The notes below the pieces were generated by a model that saw only the letters and a program-made list of their open reading frames with translations, made no database searches and had not been told where the DNA came from. DNA of 64,000 bases, taken from positions 120,590,001 to 120,654,000 of the forward strand of contig NC_058372.1 in NCBI RefSeq assembly GCF_018350175.1, read 5' to 3'. Below, piece by piece: positions 12,701 through 26,140 of the stretch. Positions within the stretch are counted from its first letter, which is position 1; each line of letters opens with the position of its first letter. Source of the DNA: Felis catus. Its lineage: Eukaryota. A program made the position numbers and the translations under genes.

Positions 12701-13520
12701 AGGAAACCATCAAAATAGAAAATTTCTCATGTTGTGTTCTACCTTGGGGTGCTTTCTCTTGATTACATTCTTGGTGAGCTGTCGGCATTCAAGTTTGAAC
12801 CCTGCATTCACATCCCTGACCTAAAAATCAGAATACAGAATACGGAGAACTTTGAATTTTATGGGTGTCAACCCTGACACCAACCAGAAGGTGAAAGAGG
12901 GGTTGTTCAGCTTACTAGCCACCTAGGGAGATAATATTTATACTACCAAGAAAATGATAATCTTTTTAAAATTATGTGGTTTTATTAGCTTATTAGTGGC
13001 TTAATTAGTTTCACAAAGTGTGGTTACTTATGAGTAAGTTAGGACAGATATCCAGATTCTCTATAAAGTGACAGACGTAACTAGTTTTTGAAATGATGGC
13101 TCACAGTATGGGAGAATACGACATATAAGACTGGGGAGAAAACCTATGCCATACACTTGAAATGAACACAGTAGATTTACACTTTAAGCGAGATGAACAT
13201 GATACACAGTTTTGTTGCAGTTTAGTTTCCAAATCTGTTGTACCTCTAATTTTCCTGTGTTTGCAGGTACCTAGCTAAGTAAAAGCAAAATATATATTTT
13301 GCAATATGTAATAGACTTGGTCAGATTCTTTTTCCCTCTCTCTCCTTGTTCCCCTTCTCCCCTAACCCCAACCCCCCCCCCCCCCAGAAAAAAACTGCAT
13401 AATAAGCACTTGGTTTGAAATGGTTTTATTATTGGGGATTTTTAAAAAAATCACTGTTAAATCTATTTTTTTATAATACTAAACAGACACATCAAAATTA
13501 TATTCTTTATTTTTCCACTT

Positions 13521-13580
13521 GCTTTTTTCTTTTTTTCTTTTTCCTTTTATTCTTTGTCTTTTTTAGAGTTTATTTATTTT

Positions 13581-13638
<58 letters not shown>

Positions 13639-13808
13639 CAGAGTGGGGGAGGGGCAGAGAAAGAGGGGGAGAGAGAGAGAATCCCAAGCAGGCTCTGCAC
13701 TGTCAGTGCAGAGCCTGACTTGAGGCTCCAGCTCACAAACCACAAGATCACGATCTAGGCTGAAATTAAGAGTCAGACACTTAACCGACTGAGCCACCCA
13801 AGCACCCC
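13521..13808 (-). mobile_element. Can-SINE (older subfamily) with expanded (GA)n
   Basis: Head GGGGTGCTTGGGTGGCTCAG on the - strand at 13808. Confidence 0.9.
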
Positions 13809-13817
13809 GAATCCCAC

Positions 13818-13956
13818 TTTTTTTTTTAAAGAGAGAGAAAGCAGAGGAGAGGGGCAGAGGAGCCTGACATAGGGATCAATTCCATGACCCTGAGCTCATG
13901 ACCTGAGCTGAAATCAAGAGCCTGATGCTCAACTCACTGAACCACCCCGGTGCCCC
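13818..13956 (-). mobile_element. Can-SINE, internally deleted
   Basis: Head ...accaccccggtgcccc at 13956 with a shortened body. Confidence 0.8.
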
Positions 13957-14097
13957 TCTACCCCTTGCTTTTAGACTTGAAAGAACATGATTTGTTTTTG
14001 TTTTTGTTTTCCAAAGCTTGAGGACCACAGCAGATAACTGGAAATCCTTTCCAGTTTTGAACACTTCTCTATTCATGGAAGATAAAGAAAGGAGATG

Positions 14098-14333
14098 ATA
14101 ATAACAATGAGAATGGCTAAGTTTGAATGCTTACCAACTGTTAGTACTGCACTGTGTTTTGCATGAAATTTCAATTTTTGCAACACTCCAGGATAGGTCC
14201 TATTACCTGCCTTATTTAATAGATGAGGACATTTAGGCACAAAGGCATTAAATAACTTACCTAGGGTCACACAGCTGATAAATGGTAGGGTCTTGATTTA
14301 ACCCAAGTGATCTATTCCAGAGTCTGAGCTCTG

Positions 14334-14335
<2 letters not shown>
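14098..14335 (-). mobile_element. MIR remnant
   Basis: atagatgaggacatttaggcacaaaggcattaaataacttacctagggtcacacagct = MIR core, reverse orientation. Confidence 0.7.

Positions 14336-14337
<2 letters not shown>

Positions 14338-14381
<44 letters not shown>
14338..14381. repeat. (TG)n microsatellite
   Basis: About 21 TG units. Confidence 0.95.
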
Positions 14382-14384
<3 letters not shown>

Positions 14385-15876
14385 GCTTTTTAATCTCAAG
14401 CTAACAGTTAAGCTCTTCCAGACATTTTATTGAATGTGTTTAGTGTCTTGGGAACTATGTTAAGGTTTGGGTGTAAAAATAAGTAAGATTTGATTATGTG
14501 CTTGAGGAGTTTATTGTCTACCAGGGAGACATAAATAAATACGAAATTTTACTATAGTGTGGGGAAATCCTGTGATAGTGGTTTGCATAGCAACATGGTA
14601 CTGGGACTCAGAGTAGGGACACCCTGGCTCAGTCTTAGGGATCGGATGTCTCAGTTCCTTTGATTTCTTATTTTATCCATCGTGGTTTTAATTACCTTCT
14701 CTACTCGGGTTTTCAGATTTTTACCTCTAATCTGGACCTGTCCTGAGTGATGGACTCTTACCTAATTGTCTGCTCTGTACCTCCCTATGGATGTCTTCTA
14801 AGTTCCTTCAACTCAGCATTCCCCAAACAGAATCCTCACCATCGCTCCTTGTCCTGTCTGCTCTGCAGCTTGCTCTCCTTCCAGTGTTTCTGTAAATAGT
14901 ATGTTAGGCAACAAACCTGGAGTCATCCTCCACCCCCTTTTCCTCTTTCTGTATCAGCCACAAAGCTGGGTTCAGTCATCTAGAAATGTCACTCTTCTGT
15001 CTACTTCTTTGCATCTTCATCCACCCTGTCTCCACTGCTTCCCTCTCTCACCAGGACTGCTGCACTGGACCCTGACTGAGTTTCCTGCCCGTTCTTATCA
15101 TCCAGTCCATTCTTCCATTACAGAAGTGCCGGGGATATATTTTTAAAAAGCAAATACTTCATGTCATTTCTTGCTTCTCTTTTAGTTCATTGCTCTTGGG
15201 ATGAATGTGAGAATGTGAAAATCCTTAACGTAGTCTGGAAGGCATGACCCCTCCGTGCGTCTCCAGCCTGGTCTTGTGCCACTCTTTCCACTTGAGCTGT
15301 GCTGGCCCTTCTTCAGGTCTGAATAGTCTGTACTCTTAACTCACCTTAGAGCTGAGAACACCTGCATTCCCTCTACCAGGTCTTGCTCAGGCCTGGATCC
15401 CCAACCCCCCCCCCCCGCCCCGCCCCCAGCATGAGGCCTAATGCTTAGATTTCCAATTCATTTCTACAGAATTGATTGAATGAAGGGGATGCTGAGCTAT
15501 AGAACAAATAGGAGTGAGACAGGTGAAGAATTTTAGCAAAGGAATAGCATAAGCCGGCAAAAGATTAATATTCTTTAACATATAAGAGCTTGTACAAAGC
15601 AGTAAGAAATCTCAGAAGGAAAATGAACAAAGAATCGGAGACAGTTAACAGAGTAAATACAAGTGGTAGTATTTTAAAAGTGTACTCTTATCAGTATTCA
15701 AGGAATTTCACCCTCACCAGTTAATTCACTATTGGTTTTTCTTGTATCTCAGATTGTCAAAGACCTTTTCAGAATACTTTGTTGGCGAGCTATGACAGAA
15801 TATACATGTGATCTCAGTCTTGTTTAATATGCAGATAAATGTAAGGATTCAGCAGCCTAAAAACATGTGCCTTTTT

Positions 15877-16115
15877 TTTTTTTTAATTTTTTTTTTTTCA
15901 ACGTTTATTTATTTTTGGGACAGAGAGAGACAGAGCATGAACGGGGGAGGGGCAGAGGGGGAGGGGCAGAGAGAGAGGGAGGCACAGAATCGGAAACAGG
16001 CTCCAGGCTCTGAGCCATCAGCCCAGAGCCCGACGCGGGGCTCGAACTCATGGACCGCGAGATCGTGACCTGGCTGAAGTCCGACGCTTAACCGACTGCG
16101 CCACCCAGGCGCCCC
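15877..16115 (-). mobile_element. Young feline SINE (SINEC_Fc-type)
   Basis: 15-bp TSD AACATGTGCCTTTTT at 15862-15876 and 16116-16130; CpGs largely intact; 12-nt internal duplication. Confidence 0.97.
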
Positions 16116-16280
16116 AACATGTGCCTTTTTGAGCATGGGGGAGGGGGGACCTTAGTAATTATAACTGTGGTGGGACTTGTTTTTCTTTGAGTATTTTGTA
16201 TGTGATTGGAAAATGACATGGTATCTTCCTTAAAATCCTGCATTAAGGCCATTTGTTTGAAATATTAAGAAAGCTATCCA

Positions 16281-16492
16281 TTGGGCGCCTGGGTGGCGCA
16301 GTCGGTTAAGCGTCCGACTTCAGCCAGGTCACGATCTCGCGGTACGGGAGTTCGAGCCCCGCGTCGGGCTCTGGGCTGATGGCTCGGAGCCTGGAGCCTG
16401 TTTCCGATTCTGTGTCTCCCTCTCTCTCTGCCCCTCCCCCGTTCATGCTCTGTCTCTCTCTGTCCCAAAAATAAATAAACGTTGAAAAAAAA
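16281..16492 (+). mobile_element. Young feline SINE (SINEC_Fc-type)
   Basis: 14-bp TSD AAGAAAGCTATCCA at 16267-16280 and 16493-16506. Confidence 0.97.
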
Positions 16493-16814
16493 AAGAAAGC
16501 TATCCAAAGTAAATTTTGTTCTTCATAAGGAATTGGTACACTCAATTTCTCATCTTTTGAGTTTGAATCCGCAAATTTCAAGTTATATTCGGTAAAATAT
16601 ACTTATTTTCTTGTTATCCACAGTAATACATTAGTTGATGTTAGCATTGACTAATATGGCGTTAATTGGGCACATTATGATTTGGGAGGTGTTCATTAAT
16701 TTCTCAAAACAAATCATGTGAAGAGTAAATGGTGTATGCATTTTGCAAATAGTGTAGGAATGTTCAGAGCCAGCCCACTTTCACAAAGCTTCCACTAGGA
16801 TCCAAGTTCTCTTA

Positions 16815-17005
16815 CTTTATTTCTGAGAGAGAGAAAGAGAGCCTCTGCTCAAGCACTGGGGAGGGGCAGAGGGAGAGAGGGAATCTTAAGCAAGCTCCAT
16901 GCTCAGTGTGGAGCCCAACCCGGGGCTTGATCTCAAAACCTTAGATCGTGACCTGAGCTGAAATCAAGAGTCAGACACTTAACCAACTGAGCCACCCAGG
17001 CACCC
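16815..17005 (-). mobile_element. Can-SINE (older subfamily)
   Basis: 13-bp TSD CCAAGTTCTCTTA at 16802-16814 and 17006-17018. Confidence 0.92.
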
Positions 17006-18579
17006 CCAAGTTCTCTTATTTTACAGATAGATTTTAGTACATGATGAAATAGTGAAATTCTTAAGTGGGCTACTATTTAAACATTATTAATATGAGGTAG
17101 ATATTAGATTATTCTTAAATTGCAAAAATACTTTTTTTTGTTTTAACTGGAACTTTTTCTTTGAGTGTAAACCATTGATTTGCCTTTCATTAAGCACACA
17201 TTCAGAAAATCATCAAGTTAAATTAAATTAAATTTTCCTCCATTATTTTTTAGGCACCATCACAAATATTTTTACTGACTGAAACATAAAAATTTTCCTT
17301 TCTATTTTTTTTAAATAGATAGTTGCTGGCAACCCACCACTTGTTGTTAATTTCCATAAAAACAGTATTTTTGTAGTTTTCTTAATACAGATTTAAAAAC
17401 CGTTAACAGTTCATTTTGATGCAAGGTATTTACATGAATGCTACCAGCTTGCTGGTCTTCAGAATTGTTATTTAGACTAAGTCATAGGTGGAGGCAAAAG
17501 TAATGAAGATACTCTCTGTTTAACTCAATGTAATCATGGTCTGTACATCAAGTACTTTTTGCTTTATACTTAAATACTTGTTGAATGTTTTATGTAATAT
17601 GGATGGCATAATATATAAGCTTTTCCTTTGGAAAGTACAAGGGTTTTTTTTAGGCCAGGCGTCCTGTTAGTAAAATTTTCTTTCTGTGGCTAGAATGCAA
17701 AAATGCCAGCCCTAAAGATGGGTCCCGGAAGTGCACCAGGTGACAGAATGATAGAATGTCACCCTGCCACACGGGTTCAAGGTTTGCAGCTTCGTCCATG
17801 TGCCTGTGCTGTTGCCCTGTAGTGCTGCCAGTCTTCTCCCTCCGCTGCCCCTTTGAACATACACGCATGTTGAAGGCAAAGCGGGAAGTTGAGAATTGGG
17901 ATGTTAATTAACTAAACTGACACAGTAGCTCTAGAACTGAAATAAAAATTTAGTGTATAATGCCTAGTTTGTCAGTAGCCTGCCTTCATCTAAGATGTTA
18001 GAATCTGGGATTTGAGAATTAGGTGGGACCTTAGAAACCATCTAGTCTCATCTTATACTCAATCGAAGACTCATTCTATAACATTCTTAACTGTTGGTTA
18101 ATTCTCTAGCCACACCTTCCCCCCCCCCCCCCGCCTCCTTTTGTGACACTTGTCTTCTGTGGAGTCCCCTGCTTTGCAGTGGTATTTGTTTATCGGTGTG
18201 GCTTCATGAGATCTGCTTCCATGTGACTTTAACTGGTTCTGTCAGTTTCCTTTTTATTCAGATATTTGAGAACAACTGCTATCTTTTCTTTCCTGCGCTA
18301 AATGTCCTGAGACTTCCCTCACACACTATTTTTATATCTCATACCATCCTACTTCCCTCTGGATATCTGGTTATCATTGCCCTCTTTAAATGACAGTGTT
18401 TGGATATTGAGACGTTTTGGTAGCAAAAAAGGCTATAGGCGCTCCTTTGCTGTAGGTGCTCCTATCTAACCTAGGTTCTGTTTGTTTTTTAAGTAATATA
18501 ATCACAACTTCATGTTGTCTTAGTATGGCCTAGTGTGAAGTAAAGTCTTTTCTTAAACACTTTTTAAAATTATTGTGGA

Positions 18580-18771
18580 GAGGCACCTGGCTGGCTCAGT
18601 CGGTTAAGCATCGAACTTCGGCTCAGCTCATGATCTGACCTGGGTTCGAGTCCCACATCAGGCTCCGTGCTGACAGCCTGGAGCCTCCTTCGGATTCTGT
18701 ATGTCCCTCTCTCTCTGTCCCTCCCATGCTTGTACTCTGCCTCTCTCTCTCAAAGAAAAATAAACATTAAA
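18580..18771 (+). mobile_element. Can-SINE
   Basis: TSD AAAATTATT(G/A)TGGA on both sides. Confidence 0.92.
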
Positions 18772-19310
18772 AAAATTATTATGGAAATTTTCAGAGAGAA
18801 TTAAAGGGAGAATAGTATAATGAATACCCATCTGTATGTCTATCACGTACATTTAACAAATGTTAAGACATGCAACAGTAACGTGACATTTTTTTGGTCC
18901 TAAAATACAATTATATTTACTGTCCATATCTATTCTGTATCCCAGAATAGATTGTCCAAATTTGTTTGGTTCCTGTAGCAGGATTCCAGCATCTAGGGAG
19001 TCATCTGAAACTTTATCCAAATCTATGTTAGTGAGTTCAGATAATGAAAAACACTTGCATTTTAACGTAAATTATAAACACGACATGCCTCCCTGAATAT
19101 TTTGGTAGTGTCTCTAAAAAATAAGCATATTTGTCTATGTAACTAGTCTGTCATTGCACATAACGAAATGAACAGTAACTCCCCAATATATGTATCACCC
19201 AGATCCATACTGATGTCCCTCAAATATTTCCTACAACTGGTTTGTTCAAACCAGTGTTCAATCAAGGACCATGACAAACATATTTTATGTATTTTAATAA
19301 AAATGTAGGT

Positions 19311-19497
19311 GGGGGGCCTGGGTGGTTCAGTCGGTTAAGCATCCGACTTCAGCTCAGGTCATGATTTCACAGTCCATGAGTTCGAGCCCCGCGTCAGCTG
19401 GGGCTGTGCTGACAGCTCGGAGCCTGGTGTCTGCTTCAGATTCTGTGACTCCCTCTCTCTGACCCTCCTCTGTTCATGTTCTGTCTCTTTCTGTCTC

Positions 19498-19525
<28 letters not shown>
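19311..19525 (+). mobile_element. Can-SINE with long poly(A) tail
   Basis: Head GGGGGGCCTGGGTGG; A-tail of about 27 nt. Confidence 0.92.
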
Positions 19526-19528
<3 letters not shown>

Positions 19529-19589
19529 GGCTTTAAAATTTATCAGTGTTGCATTTTATTTTATTGATACAGCCTAATTGGGCCAGCCC

Positions 19590-19786
19590 AGGAATTAACA
19601 GACTTTTTTTTTTTTCCTTAAACACCAGATGGTAACTATTTTAGACTTGTGGGTCATCTGGTTTTTGTCATAACTGCTCAGTTGTGCCACGTGGTCATTA
19701 GGTAACACTTGAGCATGGCATGTTCCAATAAAACTTTTTTTTACAAAATGGCCACTGGTCCATTGAATAATTTGCTGACCCCTGCC
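19590..19786 (-). mobile_element. MER58-type hAT/Charlie MITE
   Basis: catgttccaataaaacttt...acaaaa and terminal tttgctgacccctg resemble the reverse complement of MER58A. Confidence 0.65.
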
Positions 19787-20559
19787 TAATCTGCGGCGAT
19801 CTCCATTTTTTTCTCTCTGTTAATATGGCTTCTCAAGGTTTGCATCGGTTCATGAAATAATACTATTTGGTTATAAAATTCAACTACCTGTGAATCCATC
19901 AAGCAGTAATAGCTGTCATTTAATTAATGCATGCTGTGTGCTGTATGGACATAGATAACCGTACTTAATCCTTCACAGCACCTTGGGGGGGGGGGGTGCG
20001 GTGATACCGCCAGTTTCCAGACGAGAAAGGGAAGAAGTAAGGTTTCTCCTGTCCCATGAAACAGATGTGAAAGAACGTTGGCTTTTTCAAAGGCACAGTG
20101 TTAGCTGGGTTACAGGCGTGTGCTGAGGGACTGTCAAGTCGTCCGTTGGAGTCAGGACACAACGCCTGTGTCCTGACGTGCTATTTTGAGAGCTTTATGA
20201 AGAATATGAGGTTACTTTGGATGGCATGCCTCACCTGTAGAAAAGAGCAATCTCCAGGAGACCGCGAGGGTTCATGTTGTGTGCAAATGGGTCTAAATCC
20301 AGTCTTCCCCTACTTTTGCCATTTCTCAAATCATGGAGGGTGATCTTGTGGTTAAAGCGTTGGAGGCCGCTCTCCCGGTGTCCTCAGATGCAACTTGAAT
20401 ATCCTCGGAGTAGCTAAGATGTTATTTTTCTGTGCTCTGTTTATTTCGTTTTGTTCTCCTGGCCTTTTATTAGGTTTTGGGGGTATTTTTGCCTTGTTTT
20501 TACGAAGAGTGTTTTTTGTGGCCTTTCAGTTTCAATATCTTTCCTGGTGTGGAAAGTAT

Positions 20560-23146
20560 AAAATGTACTAGAGCTATTACTGGTCTTAATGCGCTCCACA
20601 GATACCGCGTTTTTGGCAGACGGGACGTTTGTGACAACCTTGCACCAAGCAAATCTGTTGGCACCATCTTTCCAACAGTTAGATGATTCCCTCGGTGTTT
20701 CAGACTTACTCATTATTACTGTGTTTGTTGTGGTGATCAGTGATCTTTGCTGTTACTCTGTAGTTGGTTTGGGGCCCCGTGAAATGCTCCCGTTTAAGGT
20801 GGCAGACTTGACACGTATCGGGTGTGTCTGCTCCACCAACTGGTCGTCCCCCTGTCTGTCTCCTCGCGCCCCCCCCCCCCCCCCCCGTGCCCTGAAACAC
20901 AATGGTATTGAAATTAGGTCAGTTTGTAGCCCTCTGATGACCTCTAAGTGTTCAAGTGAAAGGAAGAAATACACTCCCTTGAAATCAAAAGCCAGATACG
21001 ATTACGCTTCGTGAGTGTCAAAAGCTGCAGTAGGCCAAAAGCTAGGTCTCTTGTGCCAGTTAGTCAAGTTGTGACCGCAAAGGAAACGTTCTTGAAGGAA
21101 ATTAAGACTGCTACTCCAGTAAACACATTAATGGTACGAAAGTAAAACAACTGTATTGCTGATACAGAGAAAATTGTAGTGGTCTGGATAGAAGGTCGTA
21201 CCAGCCCCGACCTTCCCTTAAGCCAAAGCCTGATCCAGAGCAAGGCCCTAACTCTCTTCAATTCTGTGAAGGCTGAGAAAGATGAGGAAGCTGGAGAAGA
21301 AAGTTTGAAGCTCACAGAGGTTGGTGCATTTAAGGAAAGAAGCCATTTCCATGACCTAAAAGCAGGGTGAAGCAGCAAGCGGTGATGTAGAAGCTGAAGC
21401 AAGTTATCCAGAAGATCTAGCTAAGATAATGAAGATGGTTACATTAAACAACAGATTTTAAATATACACAAAATAGCTTTTGATTGCAATGAAATGCTGT
21501 TTAAGGATTTCATAGCTAGAGAGAAGTCAATGCTAGCTTCAAAGGATAGACTGACTCTCCTGTTGGGGGCTGATATTGCTGGTGACTTTGAGTTGAAGCC
21601 AGTGCTCATGTACTATCCCAAAAATCCTAGGACCTTTAAGAGAAGCTACTCTGCCTGTGCTCTATAAATGGAACAATAAAGTTTGGGTGAAAGCACATCT
21701 ATTTNNNNNNNNNNNNNNNNNNNNNNNNNNNNNNNNNNNNNNNNNNNNNNNNNNNNNNNNNNNNNNNNNNNNNNNNNNNNNNNNNNNNNNNNNNNNNNNN
21801 NNNNNNNNNNNNNNNNNNNNNNNNNNNNNNNNNNNNNNNNNNNNNNNNTTTTATGCCTGCTACCACAACATCCATTCTGTAGCCCATGGATCAAGGAGTC
21901 AGTTCAACTTGCAAGTCTTATTGTTTAAGAAATACATTTCCATANNNNNNNNNNNNNNNNNNNNNNNNNNNNNNNNNNNNNNNNNNNNNNNNNNNNNNNN
22001 NNNNNNNNNNNNNNNNNNNNNNNNNNNNNNNNNNNNNNNNNNNNNNNNNNNNNNNNNNNNNNNNNNNNNNNNNNNNNNNNNNNNNNNNNNNNNNNNNGTA
22101 GAAGTTGGTTTCAATCCTCATGGATGACTTTAAGGGGCTCAGTACTAAAGTGGAGGAAGTAACTGCAGGTGTGGTGGAAACAGCAGGAGAACTAGAATTA
22201 GAAGTGGAGCCTGGGGGCGCCTGGGTGGCTCAGTCGCTTAAGTGTCCGACTTCGACTCAGGTCATGATCTCGTGGTTCACAAGTTCAAGCCCCGCGTCAG
22301 GCTCTGTGCTGACAGCTCAGAGCCTGGAGCCTGCTTCCGATTCTGTGTCTCCCTCTCTCTCTGACCCTCCCCCCATTCATGCTCTGTCTCTCTCTGTCTC
22401 AAAAATAAATAAACATTAAAAAAAAAATTAAAAAGAAGTGGAGCCTGAAGATGGGACTGAATTGCTGCAATCTCATGGTCAATCTTGAATGGCTGACGAG
22501 TCGCTTCTTAGGAAGAGCCAAGAAGGTGGTTTCCTGAGATGGAATCTACTCTTGGTGAAGATGCCGTGAAGATTGTTGAAGTGACCAACAGAGGATTTAG
22601 AATATTACATGAATTTAGCTGATAATGCAGTAGGTTTAATGGATTGAGAGGACTGACTTCAATTTTGAAAGAAGTTCGACAGTGGCTACCTACTATAGGG
22701 AATGCATCACCTACTATAGGGAAATCGTTCATGAAAGGAAGATCCGATCCATGTGGCAAACTTTATTGTCTTAAAGAAATTGCCGCAATCACCCCAGTCT
22801 TCACCCCAATCTTCACCCCAACTGCTTCACTCTGATCAGTCAGCAGCCATCAACATGGAGGCAGAACCTTCCATGTTCTCCTTTTCCTTTCCGCCAGCAA
22901 AAAGATTGACTTGCTAAAAGCTCAGATGGTTAACATTTTTTAGCAATAAAATACTTTTAAAATAAGGTTTATACATTGATGATTTCAGATATAATGCTGT
23001 TGTATAATTAATAGACTATAGTATGGTGTAAACATAACTTATAGGCACTGAGAAACCAGAACGTTTATTTGACTTGCTTTATTGAGTTACCCGCTTCATC
23101 ATGGTGGTCTAGAACCAAACCCACGCTATCACCTGTGGTCTTTGAT
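20560..23146 (+). mobile_element. Near full-length decayed Tigger1 (pogo family) DNA transposon
   Basis: 5' region gcgctccacagataccgcgttttt; transposase start ATGACCTCTAAGTGTTCAAGTGAAAGG at 20937 (MTSKCSSERK); multiple stops and frameshifts; 3' end taaacataactt...ggtggtctagaaccaaacccacgctatc. Confidence 0.9.
22214..22433 (+). mobile_element. Can-SINE nested in Tigger1
   Basis: 14-bp TSD AGAAGTGGAGCCTG at 22200-22213 and 22434-22447. Confidence 0.95.
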
Positions 23147-23354
23147 GCAATTTGTCTTAAAAGCCAGGAGGTGGCGGTGTTTTCCAAGTAATGCTTTAAG
23201 GTTGCAGTTTGTGAGGGTTACTGAAGTAATGTTTTTGAATACCACTGAAAAGTCAGAGAACCTAAAACACACAATGTGTTCTTATTCCTAAAATCATTGA
23301 GTGAGGAAGAAGCTGCTTCAGCCTCTATGAGGAATTTTTTCTAAGACTATTTAA

Positions 23355-26030
23355 AAATTTTTATTGAGATACAATTGACATATAATATGTTTCAGGTATA
23401 CAACTTAATNNNNNNNNNNNNNNNNNNNNNNNNNNNNNNNNNNNNNNNNNNNNNNNNNNNNNNNNNNNNNNNNNNNNNNNNNNNNNNNNNNNNNNNNNNN
23501 NNNNNNNNNNNNNNNNNNNNNNNNNNNNNNNNNNNNNNNNNNNNNNNNNNNNNNNNNCCACCACACTATGTCATTAGCATCCGTCACCACACATAGTTAC
23601 ACATTTATTTTCTTGTGATGAGATCTACTCTCTTAGCTTTCAAATATACCACATGGTAGTATGAACTCTAGTCGCCAAGCTGTACATTATATCTCCAGGA
23701 CTTACTGGTTTTATAACTGGAAGTTTGTGCTTTTGGCCACAACGGTAATGGACTTAATAAGAAGCTAGAAATATGATAGTTCCTGAAGTTAGGGCAGGGG
23801 CAGTTTTGAATTCTGCTTTTTATTAGGAGGAAATATTTGACAACTCATAGTAGGCATACTTGGAGCACAGGACGAAACACCTGATTAAACCATGCCTTAA
23901 TGTTAGGCCCTGTGCAGTGAGAAAGTCATTGATAATTCTATTTATATCAAAATAGAGTTAACTGTGCTTTTCATATATATATTGTTTTTCTCTAATGTAT
24001 ATTTTTCTATACTGTAGAAAGATTCTAATATTTATGTTGTTTTTCTATACTATACAAAAAATTGAAGAAATTAACTTTTTAATATTCCTATATGAAAAAA
24101 CTATTGGAATCTTTTACATTTCAAAACTTGGAGTTGAATTTTTCTTTTATTTCTACCATGTTTGCTTTTTTAGTTATATTATTTCTACTTTCATTTATCA
24201 TTTTCTTCCTTCTATTTTGTGGTTGTCCTATACTTGATTTCTTGGATCGAATGCTGAAGTCATTTATGTTTGTCCTATACTTGATTTCTTGGATCGAATG
24301 CTTAAGTCGTTTATATTTGTTTTCTTTTTTATGGCCGAGAAGTATTCCATTTTGTATATATGCCACATCTTTTTTTATCCATTCACCCATCAGTGGACAT
24401 TTAGGTTACTTCCATAGCTTGGCTATTGTAAATAATACTGTGATGAATGTAGGGGTGCATATATCTTTTCAAATTAATGTTTCCCCTTTCTTCAGATGAC
24501 TGTCCAAAAGTNNNNNNNNNNNNNNNNNNNNNNNNNNNNNNNNNNNNNNNNNNNNNNNNNNNNNNNNNNNNNNNNNNNNNNNNNNNNNNNNNNNNNNNNN
24601 NNNNNNNNNNNNNNNNNNNNNNNNNNNNNNNNNNNNNNNNNNNNNNNNNNNNNNTTGTTAACAACCATTCTAACACATGTGCAGTGATCTCTCATTGTGG
24701 TTTTGAGTTGCTTTTCCCTGATGATTAGCGATGTTGATTGAGTATCTTTTCATGTGCCTGTTGGCTATCCGTATGCCTTCTTTGGAAAAATGTCTCTTCA
24801 GTTCCTCTACCCATTTTTTAATCAGATTGTTTGTTGTTTTTGCTATTGAGTTATAAGAGTTCTTTTTATTTTCTGGATATTTACATCTTACTGAGTATAT
24901 GATTTGCAGCAATTTTCTCGCATTCAGTAGGCTGCCTTTCATGTTGTTTGCTGTGCAGAAGCTTTTTAGTTTGATGTATCGCTCGCTTGTTTTTGCTTTT
25001 GTTGCCTTTGCTTTTAAAGTTGGATCCAGAAATTCAGTGCGAAGACTGGTGGTATCATGGAGCTTACCACCCGTTTTCTTCTAGTTTTATAGTTCCAGGT
25101 TTTACATTCAAGTCTTTAATCCATTTTGTGTTATTTTTACGTGTGGTGTAAGATAGGAGTGTAGTTTTATTCTTCTGAATGTGGCTGCCCGGGTTCCTCA
25201 GCACCACTTCTTGAAGAGACTGTCTGTTCACCATTGTGTGTGCTTGCCTCCTTATTCATACATCGGTTGACTGAACGTGCATGGGTTTATTTTGAGCTCT
25301 CTATTCTGTTCTGATCTCTATTACTATAGCTTTGTAATATAGTTTGAAATCGGAGTCCAGCTTTGTTCTTTCTCAAGATTGCTTGTGTGGTTCCATNNNN
25401 NNNNNNNNNNNNNNNNNNNNNNNNNNNNNNNNNNNNNNNNNNNNNNNNNNNNNNNNNNNNNNNNNNNNNNNNNNNNNNNNNNNNNNNNNNNNNNNNNNNN
25501 NNNNNNNNNNNNNNNNNNNNNNNNNNNNNNNNNNNNNNNNNNNNTTGTTTTTCATTTTCTTTCATCAGTGTCTTACAGTTTTCAGTGTACAGGTTTTTCA
25601 TCTCCTTGTTTAAATTTATTCCTAGGTATTTTGTTCTTTTTGATGCAATTATAAATTGAGTTTTTAAAATTTCTCTTTCTGATAGTTTGTTGTTAGTATA
25701 TAGAAACAGAACAGATTTTATATATTGATTTTGTACTTTGCAGCTTTTCCTGAATTCATTTATTAGTTATAAAAGTGTTTTTGGTGGAGTCTTTAGGGTT
25801 TTCTATGTATAAAATCATGCCATCCACAAAAAGTGACAATTTTACTTTTTCCCTTTCCAATTTGGATGCATTGTCTTTTTCTTGCCTAACTGCTCTGGCT
25901 AGGATTTCCAATATTGTGTTGAATGCAAGTGGTGAGAGTGGGCATTCTTGACTTGTTCCGGATCTCCGAGGAAAAACTTTCAGCTTTTCACCATTGAGTA
26001 TGATGTTAGCTGTGGGGTGAATCTTTGTTA
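23355..26030 (-). mobile_element. Old L1 fragments (3' UTR and ORF2 3' end), antisense to TBPL1
   Basis: ttattgagatacaattgacatataa (L1 3' tail, reverse); tttatccattcacccatcagtggacatttagg; gctgtgcagaagctttttagtttgatg; cttttcaccattgagtatgatgttagctgtggg. Interrupted by other sequence at about 23750-24320. Confidence 0.8.
24223..24316. repeat. 47-bp tandem duplication (slightly diverged)
   Basis: ttgtcctatacttgatttcttggatcgaatgct(g/t)aagtc(a/g)tttat(g/a)t x2. Confidence 0.9.
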
Positions 26031-26140
26031 ATATCCAGCACTGCTTTCTTGTTTTACAAGATAGCTAAATTGACTGCAAGTGGGTTTTTTGTTTGTTTGT
26101 AATGCTTCAGAAATGTGGAGTCTTTTGTGTAGGATGCCTC

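Noticed and set aside
20937-22700. Tigger1 transposase as a functional or domesticated gene
   Set aside because: Multiple stops, frameshifts and a SINE insertion.
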